Source: a virus
Virus record (IMG/VR): IMGVR_UViG_3300008255_000111
Span: 1-64,000 of that record
DNA: 64,000 nt
Strand: one strand, 5' to 3'
The number at the start of each line of letters is the position of its first letter. Positions within the stretch are counted from its first letter, which is position 1. Both the position numbers and the translations under genes were made by a program. Of this stretch, positions 45,384 to 54,557 are shown piece by piece. The notes beneath the pieces are model-generated. The model saw only the letters and a program-made list of their open reading frames with translations, made no database searches and had not been told where the DNA came from.

Positions 45384-46577
45384 TTACCTCAAATCCCAAA
45401 ACCTCATAGAGCGCGCCGCTATCTTAACTTTATCGTCAAGATGGTGAAGTATCGAAGGCGACAACTCGAAAAAACACTTGAGCACAGTGCGCAACAATTT
45501 CTCCTGCTCAGGATATATCGCGTGCCCAGGCCAACAGTTCAAATGAAGGTCGATGGTGTTAAAGACGGGAGAGCTGAGCCCGCCGCTTCGATCAGCGACA
45601 ACGTAGTCCACATAAAGCGACGACACCTCGATGTTAGGCTCCAGCCTCAAGTTATGGTCCCAGACCTCGGAGCACCCCAGCAGGCCCCATGAGTCTACGT
45701 CGGGCCAGCCTACTATATCGCGAACGAGCTTGTCGGCTGAAGCTGACCTGAGCTTGTGATAACGAGACGCCATGTAAGCCCTGATTGACTGGATGGGGCA
45801 GAGCGAACAAAGCGCCAGGATCGAGTACAGGTAGGCCCGCTCGTCGGAGCCTGCTCGCTCGTTTGTTCGGATGGCGTCCACGACGTTTTCTTGAGCGGTC
45901 TGACAGCCTTCAACGCGATCCTGAGCCTCATCGTTCACAACACAGAAAGAGCCGTTGGGGTTGATCGCCCACTCAACGGGATCGTCGCAGTCTACTGGTA
46001 CGGGATCAGTAGGGGCGCCGTCGCGCTGGATGGTGGGGCCAGCACTGTTGCCACCAAAGCCATGATTGAGACACAGGGTGAGCATTAAGTGCGACTGGAT
46101 GTCTCGCACGGTGAGCTGTTCAACGTAATGCCTGTTGGCGGTCTGATTCGGTTTATCATCGCCACGCCAGATGCTTTGTATCGCACGGCTCCTGATCTCA
46201 CCAAAAGAGTAAGCCGAAGTCTGACCGTAAAAGTGCTGACTAAAGCCATGAATGTCTGCATGAGCGTTCACGCTGCCGAAGGGGAACACCGACGAGTTGA
46301 GCGCGGCAGCGACCATTAACCAAAGGCGCGCCGCCTCGGTGTCGGTGAACTCCTTGTAGATGACCTTGTGGCGGCCCCTGTTACGGTAGCCTACCAGCCT
46401 GATGCGTCGCCTTGTCGCGGCATAGATGGTGCCGTCGAAGATGTCAGGCACCTCAAGGAAGACCTCGTTGTGCTCCGGCATGATGTATTCTGCGGCGGCT
46501 TGGTTGAGGTGCCAGCCATCAGGAAGCGGCTTCCTGTTTTCGATGGCTGACCTGATCTCTCCAAAGGTAGGGCTCAT
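45384..46577 (-). CDS. hypothetical protein with two FGEIRS motifs
   Basis: MSPTFGEIRSA and internal YSFGEIRSR. Confidence 0.7.
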   Translation of the reverse strand: MSPTFGEIRSAIENRKPLPDGWHLNQAAAEYIMPEHNEVFLEVPDIFDGTIYAATRRRIRLVGYRNRGRHKVIYKEFTDTEAARLWLMVAAALNSSVFPFGSVNAHADIHGFSQHFYGQTSAYSFGEIRSRAIQSIWRGDDKPNQTANRHYVEQLTVRDIQSHLMLTLCLNHGFGGNSAGPTIQRDGAPTDPVPVDCDDPVEWAINPNGSFCVVNDEAQDRVEGCQTAQENVVDAIRTNERAGSDERAYLYSILALCSLCPIQSIRAYMASRYHKLRSASADKLVRDIVGWPDVDSWGLLGCSEVWDHNLRLEPNIEVSSLYVDYVVADRSGGLSSPVFNTIDLHLNCWPGHAIYPEQEKLLRTVLKCFFELSPSILHHLDDKVKIAARSMRFWDLR

Positions 46578-46924
46578 CGCTTTACCTTCTCTTGCCGCAC
46601 CAGCTCAGGGTGGCTCATCCTGAGCGCCACAATAAACTGAGGCACAGAGGTACGATCGGGGAGGCGCTTGACCTGACCGACCACCCAAGAGCGGTCCACG
46701 ACGTAATCTTCGTCATTCCACCTTGGACCCATCCTCATGGTGCTTTCGTACCAGTAGTAGAGCCGGACGATGGCCTCGTCTTCAGCTCCGCCATCGACCA
46801 CCTCTGCGCAGCACATCTCGCAGCCTGGAGAGCCAAGCACAAGGTTCAGCTCGAAGTCTATGTCTTCATTAGATCGCATGTCTAAGTCCTTATTGCAGGA
46901 AACTGTGAAGATATGGAAGCTCAC
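46574..46924 (-). CDS. hypothetical protein
   Basis: AAGGAG RBS, GTG start. Confidence 0.6.
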   Translation of the reverse strand: MSFHIFTVSCNKDLDMRSNEDIDFELNLVLGSPGCEMCCAEVVDGGAEDEAIVRLYYWYESTMRMGPRWNDEDYVVDRSWVVGQVKRLPDRTSVPQFIVALRMSHPELVRQEKVKR

Positions 46925-46947
46925 GGCGGCGCTCCTTTGAAGCAGTG

Positions 46948-46963
46948 CTGCAATCGATTGCAG
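46948..46963. repeat. 16-bp palindrome
   Basis: immediately upstream of an RBS. Confidence 0.95.
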
Positions 46964-47084
46964 TCACGACGACAGCAGCTCAGGTGAGCTGCTGCCTGAA
47001 TGTGCGCCACTGCGCGATGACTCCAAAAAGGCTAGCAAGAACAAAGCGGCACGCAAGCATTATGTGTCGCCTAATGGTGATTTG

Positions 47085-47951
47085 TCAGACGCCGCAAACG
47101 CCATCGCAGTCGTTATCGAGCCCGCCATCCCATTCAAACAGATCCGTCTGGGCAAGAGGGTTGTAGTCGCGCAGCGGCGTTCTGTTCCTCAAGACATAGG
47201 CGTGCGTCTCAAGGCCCGCGATCGGTTTGTCACCAGCTCGCAGCGCTTCGTCGAGAGCGACCGCCTTCGCCCAATCCTCGGGCACCTTGGCAACTTCTCG
47301 CCATTCGCCCTTGCTGTGGTAGGGGCAGTAAACGCAGCTCGACCTGATCGCTTGTATTGGTGAGCCGTCCAAGTACGTCAGCGACTCGATATAATTGGCG
47401 CAGTCGTGACGAGCCCAGCCCATATCTACAAGGGGGTAGGAGAAGCGGCGCCAGCTCTCATTAGACTCTCTAAGGCGCTGAAGCTCGTCGGTGCTCATCC
47501 CGTACCATTGGACGCAGCGCAGCTCCCACTTCTCCCCTTTAGGCGGACGACCATGTTTGAAGCGCTCCCTCGCCCAACGATCAAGAGGTTGGACCTTCCA
47601 GCGCTTTGTGCAGCCCCGATTGACGGGCACCGCGATCTGATTCTTGTCCTCGACAAAGACAGGCGGGAGATCGATCCCTGTTGTCTCCTGGGCGACTTGC
47701 TCAGCTAAGGTGCGCCAGTCCTTCCTGACGATGTAGAGCTTGAGGCCCGCGCTCGCCATCAGATCCGCCATCTTCCAGATGTGCTCGTAAGTCGCCAAGC
47801 GCTCGTCTCCAGTGTCCGCGAACACAAAGGCTTCGGGGAGCTGCCCGTTGGTGACAGACAGCAAGCGCTCGTCTTGGTTGGCGCATAGAAGCGCGATCGC
47901 TGTGCTCTGGACGCCGCCGCCCCAGCTCATATAAATCGGAACCCTATCCAT
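47085..47951 (-). CDS. PAPS-reductase / adenine nucleotide alpha-hydrolase (PP-loop) family protein
   Basis: SWGGGVQSTA, FADTGDE, CTKRWKVQP, GMSTDE, YPLVDMGW, SSCVYCPYH, C-terminal CDGVC. Confidence 0.85.
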   Translation of the reverse strand: MDRVPIYMSWGGGVQSTAIALLCANQDERLLSVTNGQLPEAFVFADTGDERLATYEHIWKMADLMASAGLKLYIVRKDWRTLAEQVAQETTGIDLPPVFVEDKNQIAVPVNRGCTKRWKVQPLDRWARERFKHGRPPKGEKWELRCVQWYGMSTDELQRLRESNESWRRFSYPLVDMGWARHDCANYIESLTYLDGSPIQAIRSSCVYCPYHSKGEWREVAKVPEDWAKAVALDEALRAGDKPIAGLETHAYVLRNRTPLRDYNPLAQTDLFEWDGGLDNDCDGVCGV

Positions 47952-47975
47952 GACCTACTCCTGTGGTGAACGAAC

Positions 47976-48004
47976 AAAAGCCCTAGACCGCCAAGTCTAG
48001 GGCT
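47976..48004 (-). terminator. intrinsic terminator
   Basis: AGCCCTAGAC/GTCTAGGGCT plus U-tract. Confidence 0.7.
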
Positions 48005-48028
48005 GCGTCGCTTGAGCTTCAATGGGAG

Positions 48029-49270
48029 TTAGCTTTGATCAGCCAAATCGCCGCCGAGCTTTGTGAAGATGAAAGTGGCCAGCTCCTTAAGGTCCACGAC
48101 TTCGCCGTTCATGTTGTCGAGCTTGTCGATCAGGCTCTTGGTCGCCTCAAGCACTTCCTTGATGTTCGCGTCGTCGGTGTTGAGCGTGACGTTTGGGCGG
48201 TATTTGACAGTGGGGTGTTGAGCGCTGGCATCCATGCGATCAAAGACCACCGCAAGGTTCTCGTTGGCGTGGCGCTCTACTTCTTGAAGGGCTTGTTCAA
48301 CGGTCGGGTAAATCCCGACGCAGATGTCGAGATCGCAGCGCACCTCGTAGCCAGAAAGGGCGCCCGGCTTGCCTGTGTCAAGTTTGTAGCTGCGGGAGGC
48401 TTCTAAGCTCACCAGCTTCCCTGTTTTGTAGTCGTACTGCCACTGTGGCTTGAACCGTGGTCGATCGCTCATGGGGTTGTCCTTGGGGGCTTGGGGTGTA
48501 GGTGGATCTTGAGGTTTGGGTTTTGGGGCGACTTGATCTGTCAAGATGACGGGCCAGCGCATGACTTCATCGACGCTTGCTCCAAGCACTATCCAGCCAA
48601 GCGCCTGAGTGAGCTGTTCAAGCTCATGATCGTTCTCGACCCCATCAAACTCAGGTGAATCCATATCTGGACCGTAGCAGCCCGCTGCGCGTGAGGCCCA
48701 AATGTAGGCGAAGCTCATAAGGGCGTCGCCTGGGTTGGATTGACAGCAGCCTCTAAGAAACACGTCGTCAAGGCTGCATCCTGAGATCATACTAAAGAAG
48801 GGCACGGCGTCTAACATGCAGCCGTGATCGACCCATGTGCTCCAGCTTTTGTTGATCTCAAGAGCCCGGCGCCGGGCCTGCTTACTCAAGCCTGTGAGGT
48901 GTTGGGTTAAGTATTCGCGCATCTTGTTCAGCGCCTTGACTACTTGGATCAAGGGACGCTCGATGTTGTCGTGCGCGAGGTAGTGGACTCGACCTATGCA
49001 GACCTCTGGCACCAAGGTTATCATCTGGCCGTAGTCAGAGAGCGCGCGCAGCGGGAAGTTGGCGCTTGTGGAATCGCTGTTGCGAAGTCGATACCACCCA
49101 AGCTCAACGCTCCAGCGCGAGGCTGGGCAGTAGCCGATCGACTTACGGATAAAGTCGATTGCGGCAACGGCTTCAGTGTCATCCACACTCATGTCGCGAA
49201 GAACTGCAAGGATCTTACCTTGGTCGCGCGATGCGAGCGCGTTGGTTAAGTCGAACTGAGCATAAGGCAT
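48029..49270 (-). CDS. hypothetical protein
   Basis: 413-aa ORF with GGGAG RBS. Confidence 0.7.
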   Translation of the reverse strand: MPYAQFDLTNALASRDQGKILAVLRDMSVDDTEAVAAIDFIRKSIGYCPASRWSVELGWYRLRNSDSTSANFPLRALSDYGQMITLVPEVCIGRVHYLAHDNIERPLIQVVKALNKMREYLTQHLTGLSKQARRRALEINKSWSTWVDHGCMLDAVPFFSMISGCSLDDVFLRGCCQSNPGDALMSFAYIWASRAAGCYGPDMDSPEFDGVENDHELEQLTQALGWIVLGASVDEVMRWPVILTDQVAPKPKPQDPPTPQAPKDNPMSDRPRFKPQWQYDYKTGKLVSLEASRSYKLDTGKPGALSGYEVRCDLDICVGIYPTVEQALQEVERHANENLAVVFDRMDASAQHPTVKYRPNVTLNTDDANIKEVLEATKSLIDKLDNMNGEVVDLKELATFIFTKLGGDLADQS

Positions 49271-49378
49271 CTTGACTCCCTATGAGTTAAAAGCGCCGCG
49301 CTCCAAAGCGCGCGGCGTTGAGTTGTGGCGAACGCCATGACAGAAAAACATTTACCAGCTACTATCAGAGTCGTCATC

Positions 49379-49855
49379 CTACTCGCAGATGCACGCGTCG
49401 GATTGGCGCTTTAGCTCTGCGTCAAGCGCGTCAACGCGCGCGGTGAGTTGGCGGATCTCATCGTCCTTCGCCTCAAGCTGCTCAATCAGTCCGTTTACAG
49501 CCTGGGCGGTGTAATAAGACTTGGGGAGCTTGAGCATGTTTTCAAGGTAAGGCTTGAACGCTTCAAGGGCCTTGGGCGGGGTCGCTTTGACAGCTTGTCG
49601 CATCGCCGCGTTGATGCTGAGCAAAAACGACTCATCGATCCTGGCCAGGGAGTCTTGGATGTAGCCCCAGGCGCGAGGATATACCTCGAACGTATCACCA
49701 ATCGCGCACTGGCCGATCATGCTGCCCGTCTCATCGTTGACGACTGTGATCCCAAAGGTCGCCCCCACGTTTAAATCGGAGGTCTTGAAAGTGACATCGA
49801 GAGCGTTATCGCGGGCTGCCTCTTGGAACATCTCAAACAGCTTGGGAATGGGCAT
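49379..49855 (-). CDS. hypothetical protein with C-terminal coiled coil
   Basis: AGGAG RBS. Confidence 0.65.
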   Translation of the reverse strand: MPIPKLFEMFQEAARDNALDVTFKTSDLNVGATFGITVVNDETGSMIGQCAIGDTFEVYPRAWGYIQDSLARIDESFLLSINAAMRQAVKATPPKALEAFKPYLENMLKLPKSYYTAQAVNGLIEQLEAKDDEIRQLTARVDALDAELKRQSDACICE

Positions 49856-49887
49856 GACTGACTCCTGCGGGTAAAATGGGGGGTGAA

Positions 49888-49913
49888 GTGAGCTGCAATC
49901 GATTGCAGCTCAC
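49888..49913. repeat. 16-bp palindrome with extended arms
   Basis: GTGAG-core-CTCAC. Confidence 0.95.
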
Positions 49914-49923
49914 CTTGGGGAGA

Positions 49924-50229
49924 CTAGGCGCACTCGCGGTCCTCGACATCCTCGCGAGAGAAGCCCGCTTGGCCGTCCACGAAAGTGAACACCGTTGTTT
50001 CGCCCGAGCTGAAGTTGTTATAGCCAAGCGACACTTGGCCCTCGCCATCACGACGCGTCACTGTTGACTCGGGCTCGTCGCACCATTCCCAAGCTGCGGT
50101 TTCTTGGGACTCAAGATCGCCGCGCCCTCCATAGTAGCGGCAGGGCTGCCAAGTGAACGCGGGGAGGTGGAGGAGGAGTGAAACAAGCTCAAGCGTCGTC
50201 ATCTTCGTGTACTGCATCATCGTCTCCAT
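49924..50229 (-). CDS. hypothetical protein
   Basis: downstream of the promoter at 50264. Confidence 0.55.
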   Translation of the reverse strand: METMMQYTKMTTLELVSLLLHLPAFTWQPCRYYGGRGDLESQETAAWEWCDEPESTVTRRDGEGQVSLGYNNFSSGETTVFTFVDGQAGFSREDVEDRECA

Positions 50230-50263
50230 TTAGGGCGGCGTGTTGGCCGCCGTTGATGTTTAG

Positions 50264-50291
50264 ACTTTGGATCGACTACCAAGTAGGTCAA
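50264..50291 (-). promoter_or_regulatory. promoter
   Basis: TTGACC-N16-CAAAGT, followed by a GGCGG/CCGCC hairpin. Confidence 0.65.
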
Positions 50292-50322
50292 CCCTAAAAA
50301 CGACGCTGAGCGTATTTTTTCC

Positions 50323-50673
50323 CTAAACCTGTTCCAACAGCATCAAGAGCGAGTCAATGACTGTCTTGACGTGTTGGCGGGCCGCTTTCTGAGCGTGCCT
50401 TAGCGCGTCGTGGACACTTTCTTCGTCGCTTGTTATCTCGTAAGAGGTCGTCAGCGTCCTGCCAACAAAGTCCACTAAGACGCCATAGCACTTGAGATTC
50501 CTCGACGCGGGCCAGACACGGATCGAGAGCATCGCGAAGGGCACCACCTTGTTAAAGTGGTAGGCTGCCCTCATCACGTCGTCATCCCAATGCTGCTCAG
50601 TCACCTGCCAGTCACTCAGGTCTTCTGGTAGCGCTCTCTTGGCGTCGTCCGCCACACTCTTTAGCTCAGGCAT
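50323..50673 (-). CDS. hypothetical protein
   Basis: overlapping gene string. Confidence 0.6.
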   Translation of the reverse strand: MPELKSVADDAKRALPEDLSDWQVTEQHWDDDVMRAAYHFNKVVPFAMLSIRVWPASRNLKCYGVLVDFVGRTLTTSYEITSDEESVHDALRHAQKAARQHVKTVIDSLLMLLEQV

Positions 50674-51091
50674 CTTTACTTCTCCAGTTGAAGCTGTATC
50701 GCCAGAAGCGGCGACTTTTGTGAGGATGATTGCTCACAACAAAGCGGCGCCAGCCGTCTTTGTCGATGGGCACCGTTACCATATCCACAAAGAAGCCATC
50801 ATCATAGTTTTGAAGCGCGATGCTATCCACATAGCCGCGCTCGGCCCTAAGCCAAGCCCAAGCGAAAGAGGATGCGTCGGCATAGGGACATCCTTGTTTG
50901 GTGGCCGCTTTGATGATCGTGACCAGACCCTCAAACCGGGGGAAGGCCCGGTAAACCCTGTGCGGGACAGGCAGGTAAGAGCGCTTGTACCAGTGCAGGA
51001 GCGCCCCGCCCATGTCGCAGTCTTCTATCGCCCTGTCCCAGCCCGCGTCGTATTCAAGATCCCATTTCTGCTGCTGCGTCAGCTCATCCAT
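50666..51091 (-). CDS. hypothetical protein
   Basis: TGATG coupling. Confidence 0.6.
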   Translation of the reverse strand: MDELTQQQKWDLEYDAGWDRAIEDCDMGGALLHWYKRSYLPVPHRVYRAFPRFEGLVTIIKAATKQGCPYADASSFAWAWLRAERGYVDSIALQNYDDGFFVDMVTVPIDKDGWRRFVVSNHPHKSRRFWRYSFNWRSKDA

Positions 51092-51321
51092 CAGATCCCC
51101 CCTTTTTCAAACCATTCTATTAGAAACGCTTCGCGCTCGATCCACATAGCTAAGTGGTAATCGTGAGCGCTTACCATCTCTCCAGTAGGACCAAACGGCA
51201 CCTCAAGACCCAACTCACGCCCGCGCAATACAAAATCGCGAGAAAGATTGCGCGACCAAATCATGAGATCGATCAACTCATCAACGGATATTTGCTTTTG
51301 CTCGGTCACACCACACCTCAA
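51091..51321 (-). CDS. hypothetical protein
   Basis: overlapping gene string. Confidence 0.5.
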   Translation of the reverse strand: MRCGVTEQKQISVDELIDLMIWSRNLSRDFVLRGRELGLEVPFGPTGEMVSAHDYHLAMWIEREAFLIEWFEKGGI

Positions 51322-51698
51322 AGCGGCAGTTTGACTGATAGGTGCTTGACCTCGGAGTTGAACGAGATCACCGAGCTGAACTGGTCGATCGGTCGCTCAA
51401 AGGCGCAGGTCAAAGAATCCCTCACAAGGCGCGCCATTTTGTCTGTGTGGGGCGCGGGCATCGCAAGGATACCATCGTCGAAGAACATCGCCTCAACGCA
51501 ATCTGAGAGCATCTGGAGGCGATTCTGAGCTTGGTCAGGGGTGAGCCCGATCAGCTCAAGCTCTCCACGCATCTTGTAGTCGCCCGTGTCCGCCTGATAT
51601 TCAATGCGGCGCCACAGCGCTCGAAGGTTGAAGCGCACCCCTGCACCATGCTCACTAGGCATCTCGAACTGATACAACTTACCCACGTCACACCTCAT
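51318..51698 (-). CDS. hypothetical protein
   Basis: overlapping gene string. Confidence 0.55.
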   Translation of the reverse strand: MRCDVGKLYQFEMPSEHGAGVRFNLRALWRRIEYQADTGDYKMRGELELIGLTPDQAQNRLQMLSDCVEAMFFDDGILAMPAPHTDKMARLVRDSLTCAFERPIDQFSSVISFNSEVKHLSVKLPL

Positions 51699-52209
51699 CG
51701 TTAAAGGTCATCTTGTCGATCTCTCTCATGCGCCTGTACTCCTCAAGCGCTTTCTTTCGGGCTGAGTAAGACACTCGGTCAAAGATCAGAATCCCCTGAA
51801 GGTGGTCGAACTCGTGCTGAGCGATGACCGCCTCAACGCCAGAAAGCCTGTGCTTGATCGGCTCCCCCTCGGGGGTAAACCCCTCCAAGGTGATCGACTT
51901 GTGGCGCCGGATGCTCAGCTCAACGCCAGGGATGCTCAGGCACCCCTCGGTCCCAACCCGCACACCATAGCGCGAGGTGATCGATGGATTGACCACCATC
52001 AACTCGCCGCCGCTGCCAGTGATGATGCGCATGACGAACATCGCCACGTTATGCCCCACCTGCGGAGCAGCGAGGCCCAGGCCGCCATTGTTGTGCATCA
52101 GCCCAACCATCTCAGAAGCGATCTGAGGCAGATCCAGCTCACCCGAGAAGTTCGCCTTGGCCACCTTGGTCTTCAAGATGTCGTTCGGGAACATGACAAG
52201 ATCCATCAC
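51688..52209 (-). CDS. def: peptide deformylase
   Basis: GLGLAAPQVG, EGCLS, QHEFDHLQG. Confidence 0.97.
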   Translation of the reverse strand: MMDLVMFPNDILKTKVAKANFSGELDLPQIASEMVGLMHNNGGLGLAAPQVGHNVAMFVMRIITGSGGELMVVNPSITSRYGVRVGTEGCLSIPGVELSIRRHKSITLEGFTPEGEPIKHRLSGVEAVIAQHEFDHLQGILIFDRVSYSARKKALEEYRRMREIDKMTFNDEV

Positions 52210-53059
52210 TTTCTCCTAAGCGCAAGAGATCAGCGCGCAAGCCATAGTAGCGCAGCTTGATCAGTTCATTGGTTTGACAGGGCAGTGACCAGCACAGCCA
52301 TGACTTAGACTTCCACGCCAACGACAAGAAGTCCAATGTCCCGCTCTTTTTTATTTTGCCATCCCAGAGCGCGACAAACGCGTCCACATGCTTGATCATC
52401 GCCCTATTTCGGACTGGTCCGGCTGACAGGTCAAGGTTGCCTTCCTCGTCTCTCCACTTGGCAGGGTGATCGATGGTGAGGATGCCCATCAGCTCGCCCC
52501 AGCGCTTTCCAAGAAGATCGGTCCCCTCGCAGGCCCCGTGGTGGAGGGTGCGCCAAAACCAAGGCGCCTCGCTCAGCGCACCATGCACCTCCTTATAGTC
52601 GGTCAGCGACCTTGAGCCGCTGATCGCTCCGTTCAATGGTGCGTGCCCATAAAGGCGACGCTCCACGAGCTGCGCGATGAGAAGGTTGAGCCACATCTTT
52701 GCTTGGACAGGCCCCGCCTCACTTGCCACAGACGCAAGCTCAGCGAGTACATGGCCATGACACGCCTTGGGCTCGCAGAAGCAGCCCAAGCGCTTATCAG
52801 CCAGCTCACCAACTTCTTGCCAGAGCTTCTCGCGCTGAAGGTGCCCCATGTAGAGCAAGATGCACAGCTCGCGATCCCCATCGCAGTCCTCAAGCCTGAA
52901 GGGGTTGGCCCATTTGTTAGGAGGCTCACCAGCTCGCGAGCGCCCTATGTACTGATCAAAGGGTTGCTTATGGTGAAGGTTCACAACAAAAGCGTGGGCA
53001 GCTTCCAACTGCCCACGCTTAAGCCCGTGATGACTCAGAAGATCATCCAGAAGGCTCAT
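52139..53059 (-). CDS. DUF4326-SLOG (YspA/DUF2493-like) fusion protein
   Basis: YIGR...WANPF...LGCFCEPKACHGHVL; then ISGSR...HGACEGTD...AGPVRNRAM...ALWDG...GT. Confidence 0.85.
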   Translation of the reverse strand: MSLLDDLLSHHGLKRGQLEAAHAFVVNLHHKQPFDQYIGRSRAGEPPNKWANPFRLEDCDGDRELCILLYMGHLQREKLWQEVGELADKRLGCFCEPKACHGHVLAELASVASEAGPVQAKMWLNLLIAQLVERRLYGHAPLNGAISGSRSLTDYKEVHGALSEAPWFWRTLHHGACEGTDLLGKRWGELMGILTIDHPAKWRDEEGNLDLSAGPVRNRAMIKHVDAFVALWDGKIKKSGTLDFLSLAWKSKSWLCWSLPCQTNELIKLRYYGLRADLLRLGESDGSCHVPERHLEDQGGQGELLG

Positions 53060-53070
53060 GCCAAGTCACC

Positions 53071-53832
53071 TCAGTTCGCTTCAGGGCTGTCAAGGGCCGG
53101 AGAGAGAACACCACAGCCATCATGGATCTCAAAAGGCTCCCAAGCGTAGCCGTCCTCGTCTTCGGTGTCGCTCGGCTGGTAGCGATAGCGCGCCACACAC
53201 TTCACGAGGTAGGGGATCATGTCATCGTCATGCCATTCCGTCTCGCCATAGTACAGGTACTTGGAGGGCGCGGCGAAGCGATGCAGACGCCAGGGGATCT
53301 TGACCGTCTCAAAGACATGAAGATCGACAGGCTCGACATCGTGCTCGAAGTCGTAAAGATACTGCTCAAAATCCCGCACCGCTTCCCTGATCGTCGTGCC
53401 ACGAGCGCAATCATCGAGGTCTTCAACACCAAGGTTTGCGACGAGCGGCCCAGGCTCGACCTTTACCCTATCCAAGATGTCATCGACCAAGGGGTTTCCG
53501 GCCAAAGCAGTCAGCGCCTTACCAAGCCCTGTCGAGAGCAGGTCTTGTTGCTTGAGGTGCCTGTGCATGAGCAGCAGCATGTCATTAAAGACGCTGAAGA
53601 CATCCTCATCGACGCCGTTACTGCCCCCTTTAAGCGGCTCGCTGTGCTGCACAAGCAAAGAGCCGTGCTTGTCCACAAAGTCATAGGTGAAGCGGCATCC
53701 ACCTCGAAGGAGCTGCCACTGAAGGAACAGGCCACGACCTTCCATCGAGAAGTCGTCCAGCTCGTTCGCAGGGGTAGTGACGGGCGCCCCAATGAGCGCG
53801 GCGAAGTTTCTCACAAGTTCAGCACTAGACAT
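53071..53832 (-). CDS. hypothetical acidic protein
   Basis: AGGAG RBS before MSSAEL. Confidence 0.65.
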   Translation of the reverse strand: MSSAELVRNFAALIGAPVTTPANELDDFSMEGRGLFLQWQLLRGGCRFTYDFVDKHGSLLVQHSEPLKGGSNGVDEDVFSVFNDMLLLMHRHLKQQDLLSTGLGKALTALAGNPLVDDILDRVKVEPGPLVANLGVEDLDDCARGTTIREAVRDFEQYLYDFEHDVEPVDLHVFETVKIPWRLHRFAAPSKYLYYGETEWHDDDMIPYLVKCVARYRYQPSDTEDEDGYAWEPFEIHDGCGVLSPALDSPEAN

Positions 53833-53846
53833 CGGGTGTTCTCCTG

Positions 53847-53862
53847 CTGCAATCGATTGCAG
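53847..53862. repeat. 16-bp palindrome
   Basis: abuts the RBS of the next gene. Confidence 0.95.
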
Positions 53863-53884
53863 TTGGGTTGGGGAGGTCGATCCA

Positions 53885-54481
53885 TCACTCGGCAACAACC
53901 TCGGGCTCGATCATCAAGTGAGCCATGCGGCTCATGTAGTAGGACACTTTGTCTTCGTCGGTCTTCTCGTGGCGGCGCTGGAGCTGGCGCTGAAACTCCA
54001 GACCGTCTTCGCTCCTGACTTGAAACCACCTGATGTCAGCCAAGCCAGCGAAGATGAACACGTCGTCATCCTGCGAGAGCAGCCGAGCATTTTCAGCGGC
54101 CAAATCCTCAGCGGTGGGGGCGTCGTAGAACAGGTGAACCAGATCGCCCTGGACGCCGATAGCGGCCCCAGAACAGTACCCATGCACAGCGACCTGCTCG
54201 AAGTATTGAGCGAGGCCGAGCTTGATCTCATCACGCGTCTTGTCCATGCAGACCATGATCTCAAGGCGTCGGCCCTCGTCAGCATTGACCAGCTCGCGAC
54301 TAAGCTGCTCGACGCCCATCAGGCACTCAAGCGCGCTCAATCCACGATCCACCTCGACTATGACCACAACGGGCTCGGGCTGGACGATCTCATCGTCGGC
54401 TCCCTCGGCATAGGGGGCAGGGTTAAAACAAGCGCTCAGCAGCGCAGCAGCTAGAACGGTGAGCATCTTGACGGTCTTCAT
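53885..54481 (-). CDS. lipoprotein
   Basis: MKTVKMLTVLAAALLSA-C lipobox. Confidence 0.7.
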   Translation of the reverse strand: MKTVKMLTVLAAALLSACFNPAPYAEGADDEIVQPEPVVVIVEVDRGLSALECLMGVEQLSRELVNADEGRRLEIMVCMDKTRDEIKLGLAQYFEQVAVHGYCSGAAIGVQGDLVHLFYDAPTAEDLAAENARLLSQDDDVFIFAGLADIRWFQVRSEDGLEFQRQLQRRHEKTDEDKVSYYMSRMAHLMIEPEVVAE

Positions 54482-54557
54482 GGCGTTTTCTCCAGGTCCA
54501 AGTTGTTGATTTTCAATGACGTTTACGATTGCCGCCTTGCAATCGTTCGATACAATC

